Positions 1-14,100 of a stretch of DNA of 64,000 bases are shown piece after piece. Location of the stretch: contig NC_090373.1 of assembly GCF_036365525.1 (NCBI RefSeq), positions 40,835,590-40,899,589 of the forward strand. Reading direction: 5' to 3'. Position numbers and translations under genes: made by a program. Each line of letters starts with the position of its first letter. The first letter of the stretch is position 1. This DNA is from Heterodontus francisci (taxonomy: Eukaryota). The notes under the pieces are model-generated. The model was not told the DNA's origin and did no database searches. It worked only from the letters and a program-made list of their open reading frames with translations.

Positions 1-295
1 AGTCACCTGAACCTCAACTTTGGCACCCTAACAGCAGCTCTATGATGCACCCTATGGTGATGTGGCTCCTGTCGTACCTATTCTGTTTGACAACTGGAGT
101 CTCCTGAAGCACTGTTCCTCAGACAGACCAAGGAAGCTGAGCCTGTGCCTGAACACCCTGTGAGGTGAGTAAGGCCTTCTGCGAACATTGTCCCTCTGTG
201 GCTGCCTTTTCTGTTGCCCACCTGCAGCTCCTTCTTCATCACGCCTTTGCTGCTGGAATTCCGTATCCTCCTCCTCTTCTTCAGTCCAATGCAGT

Positions 296-1098
296 TGTTA
301 CGACGAGGTGAGCAATGTGTCTAGGGGGTCTCTTGCTGTCTTCACCTGGTCTTATTGGAACAGGATTTAATTCTAAAAGCACTGTGTTTTGAGTTCCCCT
401 TTTTGTGAATCTGTGTTCACAGTTTCCAATTATCAGTCAAATAACTGAGCACAAACAGGCTTTCTTTGGTTTAAAGCAGAAAGATTACGTTTATTAAACT
501 TTATCCTTAATTCTAATACGGTTCATGCCTGCGGATATACGTCGCGCTCACACTAGCATGCTAACATGATATATATCTCGAGCTCGCTGTAGTCCTTAAT
601 TGAAGTTATATTCTTGTGTTTCGTTGGGGCTCAGTAATCTTCTTAAAACTTTGTTCACATGGCAAACCTTTCTCTCTTTGAGTTTCAGGCCTTCAATGCT
701 TTCAGTTCCCTGAGAGTTAGGCAGGCAGGTGGTGTTCTTAGTTCCAGGAAAGCACACAGTGCTCTGCCTGGCAATTCCTTTGTTTGCGAGTTCAAATTCA
801 AAAAGCTCCCAGGGTGCTCAGCAGGCTAGTCATGTGACTAGTTCCTTAAATGGAACAGTCTCTTCACATCACTTGTTGGAGGCTCAAATTTCTCTGCCCT
901 AGCCAGCTAGCCATGTGACTAAAACTAGTCTGACCACTTCTGTGTATTGGAGAGCCACTGCAGAGTCTCCATTGTTTCAACATTGTCTGTTACCATGGAA
1001 ATGTCTTTCCAATCAGAGATTGCAATTTTTAAAGTTTTCATGTTTATGTGGCGAAATAATGTGCGCCTCAGCCTTGGCAGGTGAGGGTTTGCCTGACA
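296..1098 (-). mobile_element. Solo LTR (family A), reverse orientation
   Basis: TGTTA...TGACA termini with a perfect 4-bp TSD CAGT (292-295, 1099-1102). Both ends match the reverse complement of the 11489-12342 and 30459-33711 copies. Confidence 0.85.
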
Positions 1099-4000
1099 CA
1101 GTGAAGTTCGAGCAGCACCCATAATTAAATTCTCTTTTTTCTAACAGCGTATCAAAAGCACATCAAAGCAGTGATCACAGAATCACAGCCAACAATGAAC
1201 TGAAAGAGCACCTGCAGCAGCTTTATTCAGATCAGTTCTCCTTTAGTTTCAGCACACTGATCACGTATTACCCGATCCCGCCAGCATTCCCCTAATGACC
1301 CATGTGAAACCTATGCTGCAAGATCTTAATTGCATCACAGGACCCCAATTTACATGTGTTCATGAGCTTCACGCTTCTCTACAAAGGAAGACTCACTGAT
1401 CCTAATACTCGCCACTGTTAAAATAACAATGACTGCGAATGCAGTGAGTTGGGGGTGGGATTGCTATTTCTGGCATTCTAGCCCCTTGCCTGACCCTTTC
1501 CTGCCTGTTGGGAGGGGGTTAAAATCAAGCCCATAGTCTTTTAATATAAAATAAATTACAGTTTACATAAAAATGTAAGTGCACACCCTCCATGTATTTA
1601 TTCATCATTAAAACACTGATTATTTATTTGCTCAAAGCTTTTCGTTACTCAACTTAAAAGCAAGAGAAATGCAGTTCATCGATGTTTGACTTTGCGTTTT
1701 TAATAAAAGGCACCCCCTCGCTATGATAAATGGTGCTTTTGCTGGCAGACAGATCTTTCCTTTCTGCAGCCACGGTGCCATTTCCCCCAAGGGAGTCGCT
1801 GAATTTGGGCATCAATTGATGTCAGTTTGAACTTGAGCAGAGGGACCACTGGTCATCTTCAATGAAGAGAACAAGCACACTGCATCTCCATGGTCTAGCC
1901 AGTGAGAAATGAATAATATTCAGAGGGAATTAAGAATATGCTTCCTGGGAAAACTGGGATTTTGAAAGAGGTGGGACTCACCGTAAGTTTAAAGTCGGAT
2001 TTTAATTATAATTTAAATATAATTATAAATATTCCTGAATTGGTATCATTTTCTCTCACAAAACAAAACTGATATTTTGGCAGCATCGCAGAGCTAGTCT
2101 CAGCCATGTGAGAGCAATTACATTACATTCGGTTCAAAAGCGTTCATTTCTTTGCTAACATTTGTGTTTTGATACATAATGTATCTTTAGTGCACACAAT
2201 AATGGGATTAGGTTTTTAAATGTAAGCTGTGTAATCACCTTTTAGAGGATATATTCAGGTAACATTTATGCCATAGTGTTTTCTACTTACATGAATAACT
2301 GAAATGCTCCTCATGAGGGAATAGATATCTAGCACAGTACATGTATTTAATCAACTATCTTGTACTGTGAATCTATGCTTGTGAATGCAGCACTTGTTCC
2401 ATCAAATCCATCACACGTTCAACCTCACTTGCTGCTGACCTTCTATCACAAAGGTGGCATAATATATCTTTCCATTCAAGTGGAAGCAATATCTTAAAGG
2501 AACTGGTCTGTTCACATTTGTCTTTAAAATCCCATTTTTATTTCTCCACAGTTTTATACAAATTTAAAAGGGAACTGTGTACTGACCCACACCATGCTAT
2601 TTCAGGATCACATACAACAAATAAAGTTGTTTGTCTACTGTGCTTCCCTTCTGTCAGTACCAAGTTTGTGCTCCCCCTAAGTCATGTTTCATAAACACTG
2701 TGCCCAGTGTAGAAGTGAGCAACACAAATTATTGAGGTTTCACACTCAATCCCTAGTCACAGCAGTTACCGGAAGTACCACAAATGGCTCCAAAGCTACA
2801 AAGTTGAAAATCTGCCCTGCTTCCTGTTAAAACCCATATATGGGAGGTCAGAACAGAATTGGGTTTGATTATGATAACTCCCATGGTCAAATATGATGCC
2901 AACATGTGCCCTCTGAGCTCACATATGAAAAATGTGAATTGGGGCGAGCTCCTAGAGGGAAATCAGTACCTGTAGAACTATACTCCCACTGTGAGTGAGA
3001 GCATTCAGGAGACAAAGGGAGAAAATTGGAAAGGAGGAGGAAGTAAAGGAAACTGAATTTGGTTTCCTACAAGCTGACACCAATTCTGGCACAGGAACTG
3101 AAGAACCCTGATACTGTGCCAGCCCTCTGTCACCACCTTTGATCCATCACAGCAAGTCAAAGGCTGTCTGTCTGGCAACAAGGGCTATTCCCATTCACAG
3201 CCAGCTCAAGACAGCATTTCAAAACCCACACTTGCCAGCTGAAAAGCAATAAGCCACTGGTCCACAAGATCCACTATCAATCGAACCAGTAGAAAGCTGA
3301 AATAAAGGTCAGAGTGCATCCTGCAATACAGCCTTGGTTCAGTGGCCTGGATCATAGTCATTTGCTGCATGATCCACAACATTTCTGCGCAACGGGAAAA
3401 ACAAATAGAGCCTGCACTGGATCAGAGCCTTCCAGCACCTTATAAGGAAGACTGCATTGACTGTGAGAGAGGGCACTAGCAGCAGCCTGCAGCTCGAGCT
3501 CTTCATCAACAGTTAATTCACCAGTGCTTCATCTGACCTAGTCATGCTCAAATCTACCTCATCCCATATCCTGTAGAGTCATTACCATCACCCATTTCTA
3601 TCTGGAATAAAGAATTTCCGACCAAAGACCAACATTTATTTACAAAATAACCAACATTGCAAATTAATAATCACAAACTGTACTACTTTTTAATGGCTAA
3701 CACTAATGCCAGAAAACAAAATTTTCACCCTGGTGTTAATCCTTAATGTCTCGTTAAATGACTTTTTTGTACTCTACTATTCCTGTAACAACGCTCCTAT
3801 GAGTGCCAGAAATGCCTGGGCAGCCAGTCAGTAGAACGCAAATTAGGTTTTGCCCACAAGATGGTTCGGGCCTATCGCTGGCAGCTGCAGACTGTTGCTC
3901 CAATTGCTCCGTCCACCAACCACCTGACAAATCTCAACGGTGCAGACTGATCCCAATATATTTTTGGAAATTGCTAGTGTTAAGATATCCTCACATCGCT

Positions 4001-4437
4001 ACTGCACCAGTAACTAACACAGAACACGGAATAACATTTATTTTCCTATGGTGTCAGAACTTTGAAATATTCACATGATAGGTACTTAGAGTAAAGTTTC
4101 TTCCCAAACTTTTCCTGAGTTTTAAGTTTGGTACTAATAACAAACAACTCTATGCAGAGGCTGAAAAGTCCAACAACCACACCGAAACCAAACGCTGGGA
4201 ATCATTAATCAGACTGATACACTTCAGAATATATAAGTATGATGACTACTTAACATACTTACAGCCTGCACAAATAGTTACTGCTTCACATAAGAGCAAG
4301 GAGCAAATATAGGCCAGACAGGCCATCTAGTCTGCTCCTACCACAGAGCTGCACCACTTACCTTATCAGGGATATCATGCTAACCATTTAATCCCTTGAA
4401 GGAACTTGAAAAATGCCTCTCTGATCCTCAGCACAAT

Positions 4438-5328
4438 GGGAGAGAATTTCATCTTTAGCGCTTGGGCACGGCACAGAGAGGAAAACCAAGTGGGTAGGAT
4501 TTCACACCAGTAATGGAGCCCACCTGACTATCCTTCCATTAATTCACAGGAGCAAATTTTCTTCTGTTGAACTTGAGTGTAGCTAATAGCTGGGGAGGAG
4601 TGAATATTGGAAAATAAGATGGATAAGACTGCATTGACCCATTTGATTGTCAAATGTCGGCAGGGCTGGGACTGAGTGCAGATATGATTTAAAAATCGCG
4701 GTCCCAGAAGCCATTTCTGGACCCCAACGCCTCTGGGAGAGATTTCAATTTCAATGTCATTTTGCCCATCGAGGGGAGGGAATGGGGAACCTTCTGACTT
4801 CCAATTAACAGCCCATTAAGCTCCTAGAGGAGCTTGTTAAGGGGCAGGGGAGGTTGGGATTGCACTTTTCAGATTGGATTCCAACGAATCCGAACAGTCT
4901 AGTGCATGTTAATGTACAGCTGCCAGGATCACAGTGGGGCGAAGGGAGATCTTTTCTTTTATAAGGATAAAAATTATAGGGCCCTCGGGTATGTTGCGCT
5001 GGATCATCTGCATTATCTCAGATTTGGATCTTTCAACAATGACTTCTCTTATGCTGCTTACCCTCTCAGAAGCTGCCTGCTCTCTTTGACAAGGCAGTGG
5101 CATGCCCCATCATGGCTGCTGTCTGCCTTTGTTGCTCGCGCTCTGCGGGCAGCTCCCACCTCCTGGAGATATTTGGCCCCACTAATTGGGCACCTTGTCG
5201 CCTGCTGCCCAATTAGGGGACTCACATTTCAAAATAGCATCACTTGAGCGACGCAGCTGAGGCGTGGGGTCGGGACCCGGAAATTATCTGGGCGTCGGGT
5301 TCTCAAACCTGTTTTGAAAATCCAGCCC
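4438..5328. mobile_element. Non-autonomous TIR element (MITE-like, probably Harbinger-related)
   Basis: Starts GGGAGAGAATTT and ends GAAAATCCAGCCC, the same terminal motif as the 23184-23825 element. No real coding capacity. Confidence 0.55.
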
Positions 5329-5690
5329 ATAGAGTCGTAACGGCACAGAAGAATGCCATTTGGCCCATTGAGTCCATGCCGACTCTCTGTATAGCAATCC
5401 AGTCAGTCCCATTCCCTGGCTGCATCCCTATAGCCCTGCAAGTTTATTTCCCTCAAGTGCCCATCCAATTTCCTTTTGAAATCACTCATCATCTTCACTT
5501 CTACCACCTTCATAGACAGCGAGTTCCAGGTCATTACCATTCGCTGCATAAAAATGTTCTTCCTCACATCCCCTCTGCATCTCTTGCCCAAACCCTTAAA
5601 TCTGTGTTCTCTAGTCCTTATATCATCATCTTATGGGAACAGCTTTTCTTTGTCTATCTTATCTAAACCTGTCATAATCTTGTACACTTT
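5329..5690 (-). mobile_element. CR1 LINE 3' fragment
   Basis: ORF 5403-5591 reads DVRKNIFMQRMVMTWNSL...FKRKLD, the CR1 ORF2 C-terminus, followed by a CR1-type 3' UTR. Confidence 0.85.
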
Positions 5691-6669
5691 CGCACCGTCA
5701 CCCGATCTGAATCTACGCTTTTGAGCAGGCAACTGGGACATCGGCAGAAAGGAAGTGATGCTCTACTTTAAATATGTTGATCATGTCCCCCGATGTCATC
5801 AGAACCCATTCTGAGATTTTAGGTGGATGCTTGAGCTGGCGTGATGGGGTTTGGGGGGGTGGGGTGTGGTGGGTGGGTGGGGGCAGTCAGTCATGGCTTC
5901 TTCATTAGGCAAACCTGTTCGGAGTTGGATCCTGGGTCGATGAAAGCCAATAAGGTAAGGTTAAACAGTTTAAAATGTAGCTTTCCTTGTGGGCCAGGAG
6001 GGGTTCTTCCACCTGCTCCACCACCCTCTCCCCAATTGTGACCAGAGCTTCCCACCATCACCCTCCCTTCCCCAATCATGGCCAAAGCCTTTCACACATC
6101 CCCTTCCTCCCAATCACGACAGCAGCCATTCCCCACATGCCCCTCTGTCCCGATCATGACCACAGCATTTCTCCTACACCCCTCTCCAACTGTGGCCAGA
6201 CCCTTTACCCACCATCCTTTCCCCTAATGACTGCTGGGAACCATTCCCATGGATCCTATCACCAGATGCCTCTCCCACCTGCCGGCCAGATAGTCAATCT
6301 GGTTGGGTGTCTGCTGGGAGTCTTCAAATGCGGCCCTGTCAGTAAGATCAGCAGGGCCTCAGGGCCCCAAACCTTGCCGGGTTCATTACCCACTACTGGG
6401 CTCCTGTTCCCCTTCCTGTTCCCCTGTAATAATCGAAGGACTATGGAGATGACACAGATTTTTTTTTTTACAGATATGCCAGCAGAATCCACTGCTGACT
6501 CAGTGTCTATCAATTTTCATAAAGTAATTGAGTGAAATAAGGATGCTGATGAATGACTAACGAAGCTTTGGAAATTTACTCAGGAAATCTGTTATTACTC
6601 ATGGACCAAAGAGGGACTGAGCCTCAGCATAATATCCTAAATGACATTCACAGATGCAACAGATATTCA

Positions 6670-6846
<177 letters not shown>

Positions 6847-8106
6847 TTAATAATAATAAAAAAACTTCATTAATTCCAGGCAGCTGCTCCGTGACCTAAT
6901 GTACTGCCTTCATATAAAATACCTCTTCTTAATTATTAGAACTGCACTCAGCACAGGTTTTCCAATCGAAAAGTTCAAAGTGTAAATAATTTGAATTTGA
7001 GGGTTATATCCTTGTTAAAATTGAATTTGTCATTTAGGCTCAACAATAACTTGCATTTATATAGCCCCTTTAACAGCTCAAAGGTCTCTCTGTAAGTTTT
7101 AATCAATAGACATAAACATATCATACCATACCATTAGTTTCACTCGCATGGACCAAATCTATCCTGCATGTACACAGGCGTGTATTTAAGGAACTTCTTG
7201 AAGTTCCCCTTTTTAAAGCTGAAACCAGGTGTATGTGACCACTGGCACATCACACCTATTACATGAGTATCCCAAAACAGTTAAAGAGATTCCACACAAA
7301 GAAAAACTAATAAGCAAACCTATACCTTATGACTAACTCACTTCACAAGCTGAAATGAACAAACAATTGCAAATATTTCTAAAGTTGTGGTCAGAAGATC
7401 AGTACATATGAACAGACGAATTAGGAGCAATTCTCTGTTCCTTTACTTTATAACACAAAACTTTTTCTTCCAGCAGTTAAATATTGTTTCACTATATGAA
7501 TCTACTGACCATGAATCTATTCTAAGTTTTGTATTTCCATACACTTGTTTTAATCAAAACTTGGCAATTAACTCACACAGACATAACCTCAGTTGTCACA
7601 TGTAATGTTGCCATACATCTCTCTGAGCTGACTCTGGTTTCTTCTGAGAAGCACACCACTGGGTGTTTGAACCTCCAATAACCTGGACTGGTCACATATC
7701 CTCGTAACCTCTGCAGGACACCAAGTTCTCGACACATGGTTGAGGACTCTGACCTTCTGTCGTACCTACATTTGGGTTAACTGGTCCAGCTTGCCTATCA
7801 TATGATGCCTTCATCTTCCCTTGTTTAGACAGAAGAATATTCTTTACTGTGACAAACTGAGGGAGATGATGACTGAGTAGGGTATTTCTTACCTGCCTTT
7901 CAAACATCAACACTGCAGGTGGCAATAATCCCATGTCCAATGGAGTAGCCTGGATGTGCAGCATTGTGACCTTGAGATCTTGACCCACCTGTCCACACTT
8001 TAAAATAAGTGCTTTGTTGGTGTGCACCATGCGCTCAGCCATGCCATTGAACTTAGGGTAATGCAGCGGCAATGTCATGTGATGGACTTCCCGTCCAGCA
8101 TACATG

Positions 8107-9046
8107 AATGATCCCTTCCCCTGTCAGCATTCCGAAGGAATCGTTCCCTCCGCGACACCCTGGTCCACTCCTCCATTACCCCCACCACCTCGTCCTCTTC
8201 CCACAGCACCTTCCCCTGCAAGAGCAGGAGGTGTAATACCTGCCCATTTACCTCCCCTCTCCTCACTATCCCAGGCCCCAAACACTCCTTTCAGGTGACG
8301 CAGCAATTTACTTGTACTTCTTTCAATGTAGCACACTGTAGTTGCTGCTCACAATGTGATCTCCTCTACATTTGGGAGACCAAACGGAGACTGGGTGACT
8401 GCTTTGCGGAACACCTCCGCTCAGTCCGAAAGCATGATCCTGAGCTTCCGGTTGCTTGCCATTTCAACACACCCCCCTGCTCTCATGCTCACATCTCTGT
8501 CCTGGGATTGCTGCAGTGTTCCAGTGAACATCAACGCAAGCTCGAGGATCAGCATCTCATTTACCTATTAGGCACGCTACAGCCTTCCAGACTGAACATT
8601 GAGTTCAATAATTTCAGAGCATGACGGGCCCCCCATTTTACTTTAATCTTTAGTTCTTTTTTCTTTTATTTTTTGTGTTTATTTTAGTTTCGTTTGTTCA
8701 GTTTGTTTCTACTGTGCCTACCCACTGTTTATTTTCATGTTTGTGCTTGTGGCTGTTCAGTTTTCAGTCCATTAACACCCTATTTGTACTAATGCTTTGT
8801 CTTCTGGTCAGTTATTCTCTGTGACCTTGTCCTATCAATACCTCTTTTGTTATCTCTTGCCCCACCCCCACTTTACTTGTTTAAAATCTTTTACATTTCT
8901 TATATTTGTCAGTTCTGAAGAAGGGTCACTAACCTAAAGCGTTAACTCTGCTTCTCTCTCCACAGATGTTGCCAGACTTGCTGAGTTTTTCCAGCACTTT
9001 CTGTTTTTATTTCAGATTTCTAGCATCCACAGTATTTTACTTTTAT
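8107..9046 (+). mobile_element. Penelope-like element, 5'-truncated (GIY-YIG endonuclease plus terminal repeat)
   Basis: ORF 8295-8624 CSQCDLLYIWETKRRLGDCFAEH is GIY-YIG-like and closely similar to 28920-29897. TSD ATACATG/ATACGTG (8100-8106, 9047-9053) within the Gypsy integrase. Confidence 0.9.
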
Positions 9047-11488
9047 ATACGTGTCTTGGAATTGTCTTCCTGTATATTGCGGCCTATTATTGGAGGCAAT
9101 GTCCTGCGGCACGCCAAACAGGCTGAACAGTGCACTGACCATATTAGAAACCACTGCACTTGATGTATCTCGTACCTGCCTGATGATTAGAAACTTGGTG
9201 AAGTAATCCGTAACAAGAAGGAAATCATCACCCTGAACATGGAACAAATCTGTGCTGATCTTCGCCCATGAGTGTGAAAGTGTTTCATGTGGGATCAAGA
9301 GTTCCTTCTGTTGATACGGCTGACAACTTCATCATGTGCGCAGGATTTCACCAGCGTCTCAACATCACTGTTGATTCCTGGCCAGTAGGCTGTCTCCCTG
9401 GCAAGGCACCTGGTGCGTTATATTCCTAAATGCCCTTGATGCAATTAGGCTAGAACATCAGAACACAGAGCCCCAGGTATAAAGATTTGTTTGCCATTGA
9501 AAATTATCTCTTGTGATATACCAGGCTCGTCTCCATATAGCCAGAAACAGTGTAGACGTTCAGTTAATTCCTGTTCGGCGTCAGACCATCCTTCCACAGT
9601 CACCTTCCTCAACAACGACAGGGTAGGGTCATGTGCCATCTCGTCTCTCAGTTGCTTGCATTTGAGGGGTCCAAAACCCATGAAATCGATTTTGAGGACA
9701 TCCTCAATCTCAGTATTCACACTGTGGACATGACAATCTCGTGAAACATCTGCATTTTTATTTTGGTTAGGCAACCTGCTCAGGGTGTCTGATGTGATCA
9801 TTTTACTGCCCAGTTTATATCATACGTCACAGTCGTACCCCTGGATCTTCAACAAAGTTCTCAGCAACTGTGGAAGAGCACTCATGAGCGGTTTGCGCCA
9901 TATGATTTCAAGCGGTTTGTGGTCAGTCTCCATGGTAAATGTTTTCTGAATAAGTAGGTGCGAAACCAATGAAACCAAAAAACAGAGCCAGGATTACACG
10001 TTTGATGTTAGAATAATTGGATTGAGCTTGTGACAAATTCTTTGATGTAAGGTTTCCCTTCCCGCATGATGCAGGCTCCTAATCCCTTCTGTGACATGCC
10101 AACCTCGAGTGTGGTCTCTTTGGTCAGGTCGTAATACTGCAGCATGCTGTTTTGACTTAACATGGCTAACTTTAAGGACTCAAACATCTGCTAGTGGTCT
10201 TCCTGCCACAAGTAAGGGGTATCTTTATGCAGCAGTTCCTTAAGTGGTGCTGCTCGCTAAGCAAATTTGGGGATGTACGGGGCCAAAACGTCGAATAGCC
10301 CGAGACACCATTGTAGGTCTTCTCTGTCCTGAGGAGTTGACATGGTTCTGACATTTTCAATCTTGTCTGGGTCTGGGCATATTCCTGTGGCAGAATATAT
10401 CAACCCAAAGAAGTTGATTTGCCCAACGCTGACCTGGCACTTCTTGCTATTACACACAAGGCCCTCATGACTAGCAGCCAGCATTAACAAGTGCAAGTTC
10501 TGGTCATGCTTTGCCTTGGTCCGGCTCATCACCACAATATCGTCGGCTATACAGATACAGCCCAGGACATTTTCTGTTATCCTGTCCATGTATTGTTGGA
10601 AAATGTCCTGGCTGATGCACAGATCAAATGGTAATTGTCTGAAACAGTATGTCCCAAATAGCATTCTAAATGTTGTGAGTAGCTGGGGACCTCTTGGCTA
10701 AGTGGACAGACCAGTAGCCATGCTTCACGTCTAACTTTTAAAAACTTAGCACTAGTGAACGTAGGATTCAGCTCCTCCAGGGTTGGGATTTTATGTGGGC
10801 ATCACTTAACGACTAAATTCAGTCGTCACAGGTTTAAGCAATTTGCCATCTTTCTTCAGCACGCAGGTAATGGAGCTGCACCCATCAGAATGCTGGTGCA
10901 CTCAGTGGATGACTCCATTGCATTCCATCTCATCCAGCTCCACTTTAAGCTTCTCCTGAATGTGCACAGTGCACTTCCTTGGCATAGCGATAGTAGGGAT
11001 GCATCCTACTTCATGTGTAGCTTGGCATCACCCTTGAAATCGCCAAGTGCATCAAATCTGTCTGGGTAAAGTAGCTTCAGGTCTCTAACTGACTCAATGC
11101 ATTCTGTGTTGCAACGTTCCATACTTTTCAGTGCAGTACTGAATTTACATATTGTGACAATTAGTAAATCTGGGCAGACTGGAAGTCTTGCAACAGCTGA
11201 TGCAGTTGTGTCTACAATGTAAAACATTTGTGGTAGCCATTTGGAGTTCCCATAGCTGCACTGTAAGGTTATCGTTCAAATGCACTTGATTGGAGAACCA
11301 TTGTAGGCAATCAACCTAGTTGTGGTGGGTTGAACCATAGATTCCCATTTCTTGGAATACATATCCTTCAGTATACGAATTGGCAGAATATTTGCATTTG
11401 CTCCAGTGTCGATTTTTACTTTGAGTTTGTGCTTGCCACTCGTATGCGAACATATAATCCTGATCGTAGTGAATGCCTCAGACTGTGT

Positions 11489-12342
11489 TGTCATGCAGGC
11501 CCCTACCTGCCAAGAATGAGGCACATTAATTTTGTCACATGGACATTAAATTTCAAATTGTTGCTGGGGAGCAGGGAGGCCTGTTACAAGGGATTGGCAG
11601 GTCCCTAGCTGGAAAGACATTTTTGCATATTAACAGACAGTGTTGGAACAAAGGAGCTATCCCCTGCTCCACAAACAGACCTGGTCAAACCAGTTAGTCA
11701 CATGACTAACCTGCTTGGCTGTCTGGGTTTTTTCTGAATTGTACAGTTTTGAACTGAGAACCAGCAGAAATCTCTTTGCTCCTGGATTGAAAAGACCTCT
11801 CCTGTGGCAGCCTCTCCTGTCTGCTCCCATCTCTTTCTCACAGAACTCAAAAGACCTACTGAAGACACATGAACCCCAAGAGAGAAATGTTTCCTACAGT
11901 GAACAAGGTTTAAGAAGAATACTGGGCCCCAACGAAAAGCAAGTTCTACCAACAAACAAGGACTCTACAGTGAGCTCGAAGGCCCGTGACAAAAAATCTT
12001 CAAATATTGCCTCTAACCTTTCCACTTTATTTTTCTTCTGCTCTTTTCTGTCTCTCTTTGCCTGTGCATATTGCGTATGCATGCGAGCGTGGGACTTGGC
12101 ATGTATCCGTAGGCGTTAACTGAATTAGAGTTTTAAGTTTATGTTTAATAAAATTTTGCCTTTCTTTTTAAACCTTTGAAAGCCTGTTTGTGCTCATTTC
12201 TTTGCCTTATAATTGGAAAGCGGTGAACAAGGATTCACCAAAGGGAAGCTAAAAACACGGTGTTAAAAAAAAATCCTGTTACAGTAAGACCAGGTGAAGG
12301 CTGAAAGGGAACCCTAGACCTCTTTCTCACCTGGTCGTAACA
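11489..12342 (+). mobile_element. Solo LTR (family A) inserted between Gypsy gag and protease
   Basis: TGTCATG...CGTAACA termini, AATAAA near 12147, flanks GTGT/GTGA. Homologous to 296-1098 and 30459-33711. Confidence 0.85.
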
Positions 12343-13830
12343 GTGAAATAGCATGACATGCTGATCCAAATTGACTAAATAGAATGCTTGCTCACTTTTC
12401 ACACGAGTGCATTCTTCATCAGTGTCCTCTTGATAATCTGTCTCTCTGCCGATCTGATGTACCCATTTGGGCTTTTGTTGTGTGTTGGCATACCTCTCGT
12501 TGCATTTTCCATCCTTTCTTGCAGAAGTTCTCTCTGTCTGTGATCTGCCACCATTCTTGTGTGCAGTATTTGAGCTCGGCCTTCTGCACTGCCTTGCCCA
12601 ATGTCCTCACATGCCACAAGCTTTGCACAGGTCCTGGTATGTCAGAAAACTGAGAATTGGGTGAGTCAGGCCACATTTGCCACAAAGTTTAGCAGACTTC
12701 TGAGCCTTGGTAACCATACCGATGTTTGTAGCCATCCCCAATGATTGTAACTGTTGGTGCCCAGCTATGATGGCTTCACATTTCCTTCCATCATGGAGTA
12801 GTGCATCTATAGTGTGCCCTTGCTACTTTTCCAGCAGTTCTTTTTGGTAAATGCAATTACCAGCAGGATAACTTGTTCTGATAATTCAGTATCAGTGATG
12901 TCACAATATCGATCTTTGTCTCGGCATCTTGCCACAAATTGGACAATGGTCTCATCTTGCCTTTGTGGTGGGTCATAAGCTGTACCTTCAGTTGCTGCTA
13001 CAGGAATATCCAGATCTTATTAGGATCCTTTAGATTCTCATCTGACAATCCTGAGATATTGAGCTTTTCAAACCTTCATTGCTCAGTGAAATCTTAATTT
13101 TGGTAGCTTGTTTCACTGGTTCAGTGACTTCCAGGTCTGGGAAATTAAGCTCCATTTGCTGTCAGAATAGTTTAAATGCAGACCCTATGTCCAACATCTT
13201 CCAGTCCAAACTGGGTATCTGAAAGCCATTGTCTTAATGATCCTGCTTTTTTAAAGGCTTTTATAGGCTGTATTTTTCACAGTAACAGTTCTTTTGTTTC
13301 CCTTTTAAGACAAATTCGGTACGTGCCCCTTTTAAGAGTGATAGATGATAGATCTCATTGTTTGCACAGACAGGCTGTTTGTTGACACAGCTATTTGTTT
13401 TTTTATCAGCTTAGTGAATGACTCTCTTTTTAAAAGAGGGCTTTTTTTTTTAAAGAGGACAAGCTTGCAGTACTTGCAGCTGCCACAATTAGTCTTTAAC
13501 TTTGTGCGGGACCTCCTGTGGCGGTATATTTTTTTCATTCTTCAGCTACTGCTTTTAAAATGTTTCGACCCACTGTCAGATAGGTGAAAGCTCTGAACTC
13601 CTGGAAAATTGCCTGCTGTACTTAAACAGCTCCAACCTCCCGAGGTCCTGGACGTGCTCTTGCTTGCTGCAGTGTTGTGGGATCTCTTGCTGGCTGCCCT
13701 CCTGCTGTATCTTCAGTCACTCAGGTAGTCAGCTTGCTGTTCCTTGTTCTTTCAGTTGAGGTATTCATCGGGAAAAATCAAATGTTGCCACAATGTGATG
13801 TTTGATGGTCTTCAGAAAAAATAGATACCA

Positions 13831-14100
13831 ACGCAGCCACCATGTAATATTACTTGTCCCTTGAATGTGTGATCTGTTGTTGAGTCACATGACCACATGT
13901 AATATCCAAAATGAATGAGGGATTTATTATAACTGAATTGGAATATATATACACAAATAGTAACTGCAGGAGGACATCTAAACACATCTTACTATCCCTA
14001 GTTCCACCCACAAATCCTCGTCACATGTGACTCGACATCACTTCCTCTGAAGATCTGCTCTTGCAGTCCTTAAGGTGGTCTGGTCTTAAGGTTGTCCCAC
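13831..14100 (-). repeat. 5' LTR and primer-binding site of the Gypsy element
   Basis: On the minus strand the LTR ends ...ATTACA at 13843 and is followed directly by TGGTGGCTGCGT (PBS-like). The LTR outer boundary is approximate. Confidence 0.6.

Larger units (their letters stand above)
7610..14100 (-). mobile_element. Decayed Gypsy/Ty3 LTR retrotransposon (Mag/K02A2.6-like)
   Basis: Minus-strand order: gag (~13300-12400), protease VKIDTGANANILP (11276-11524), RT IADDIVV (10257-10664), RNase H, integrase WAKISTDLF..LLVTDYFTKF (9020-9298) and NGMAERMV (7692-8105). Many stops and frameshifts. Interrupted by a Penelope and a solo LTR; 3' LTR not found. Confidence 0.9.

Noticed and set aside
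5987-6535. Pro/His-rich 182-aa ORF and similar short GC-rich ORFs
   Set aside because: Low-complexity translations of non-coding repeats or antisense frames of transposons.
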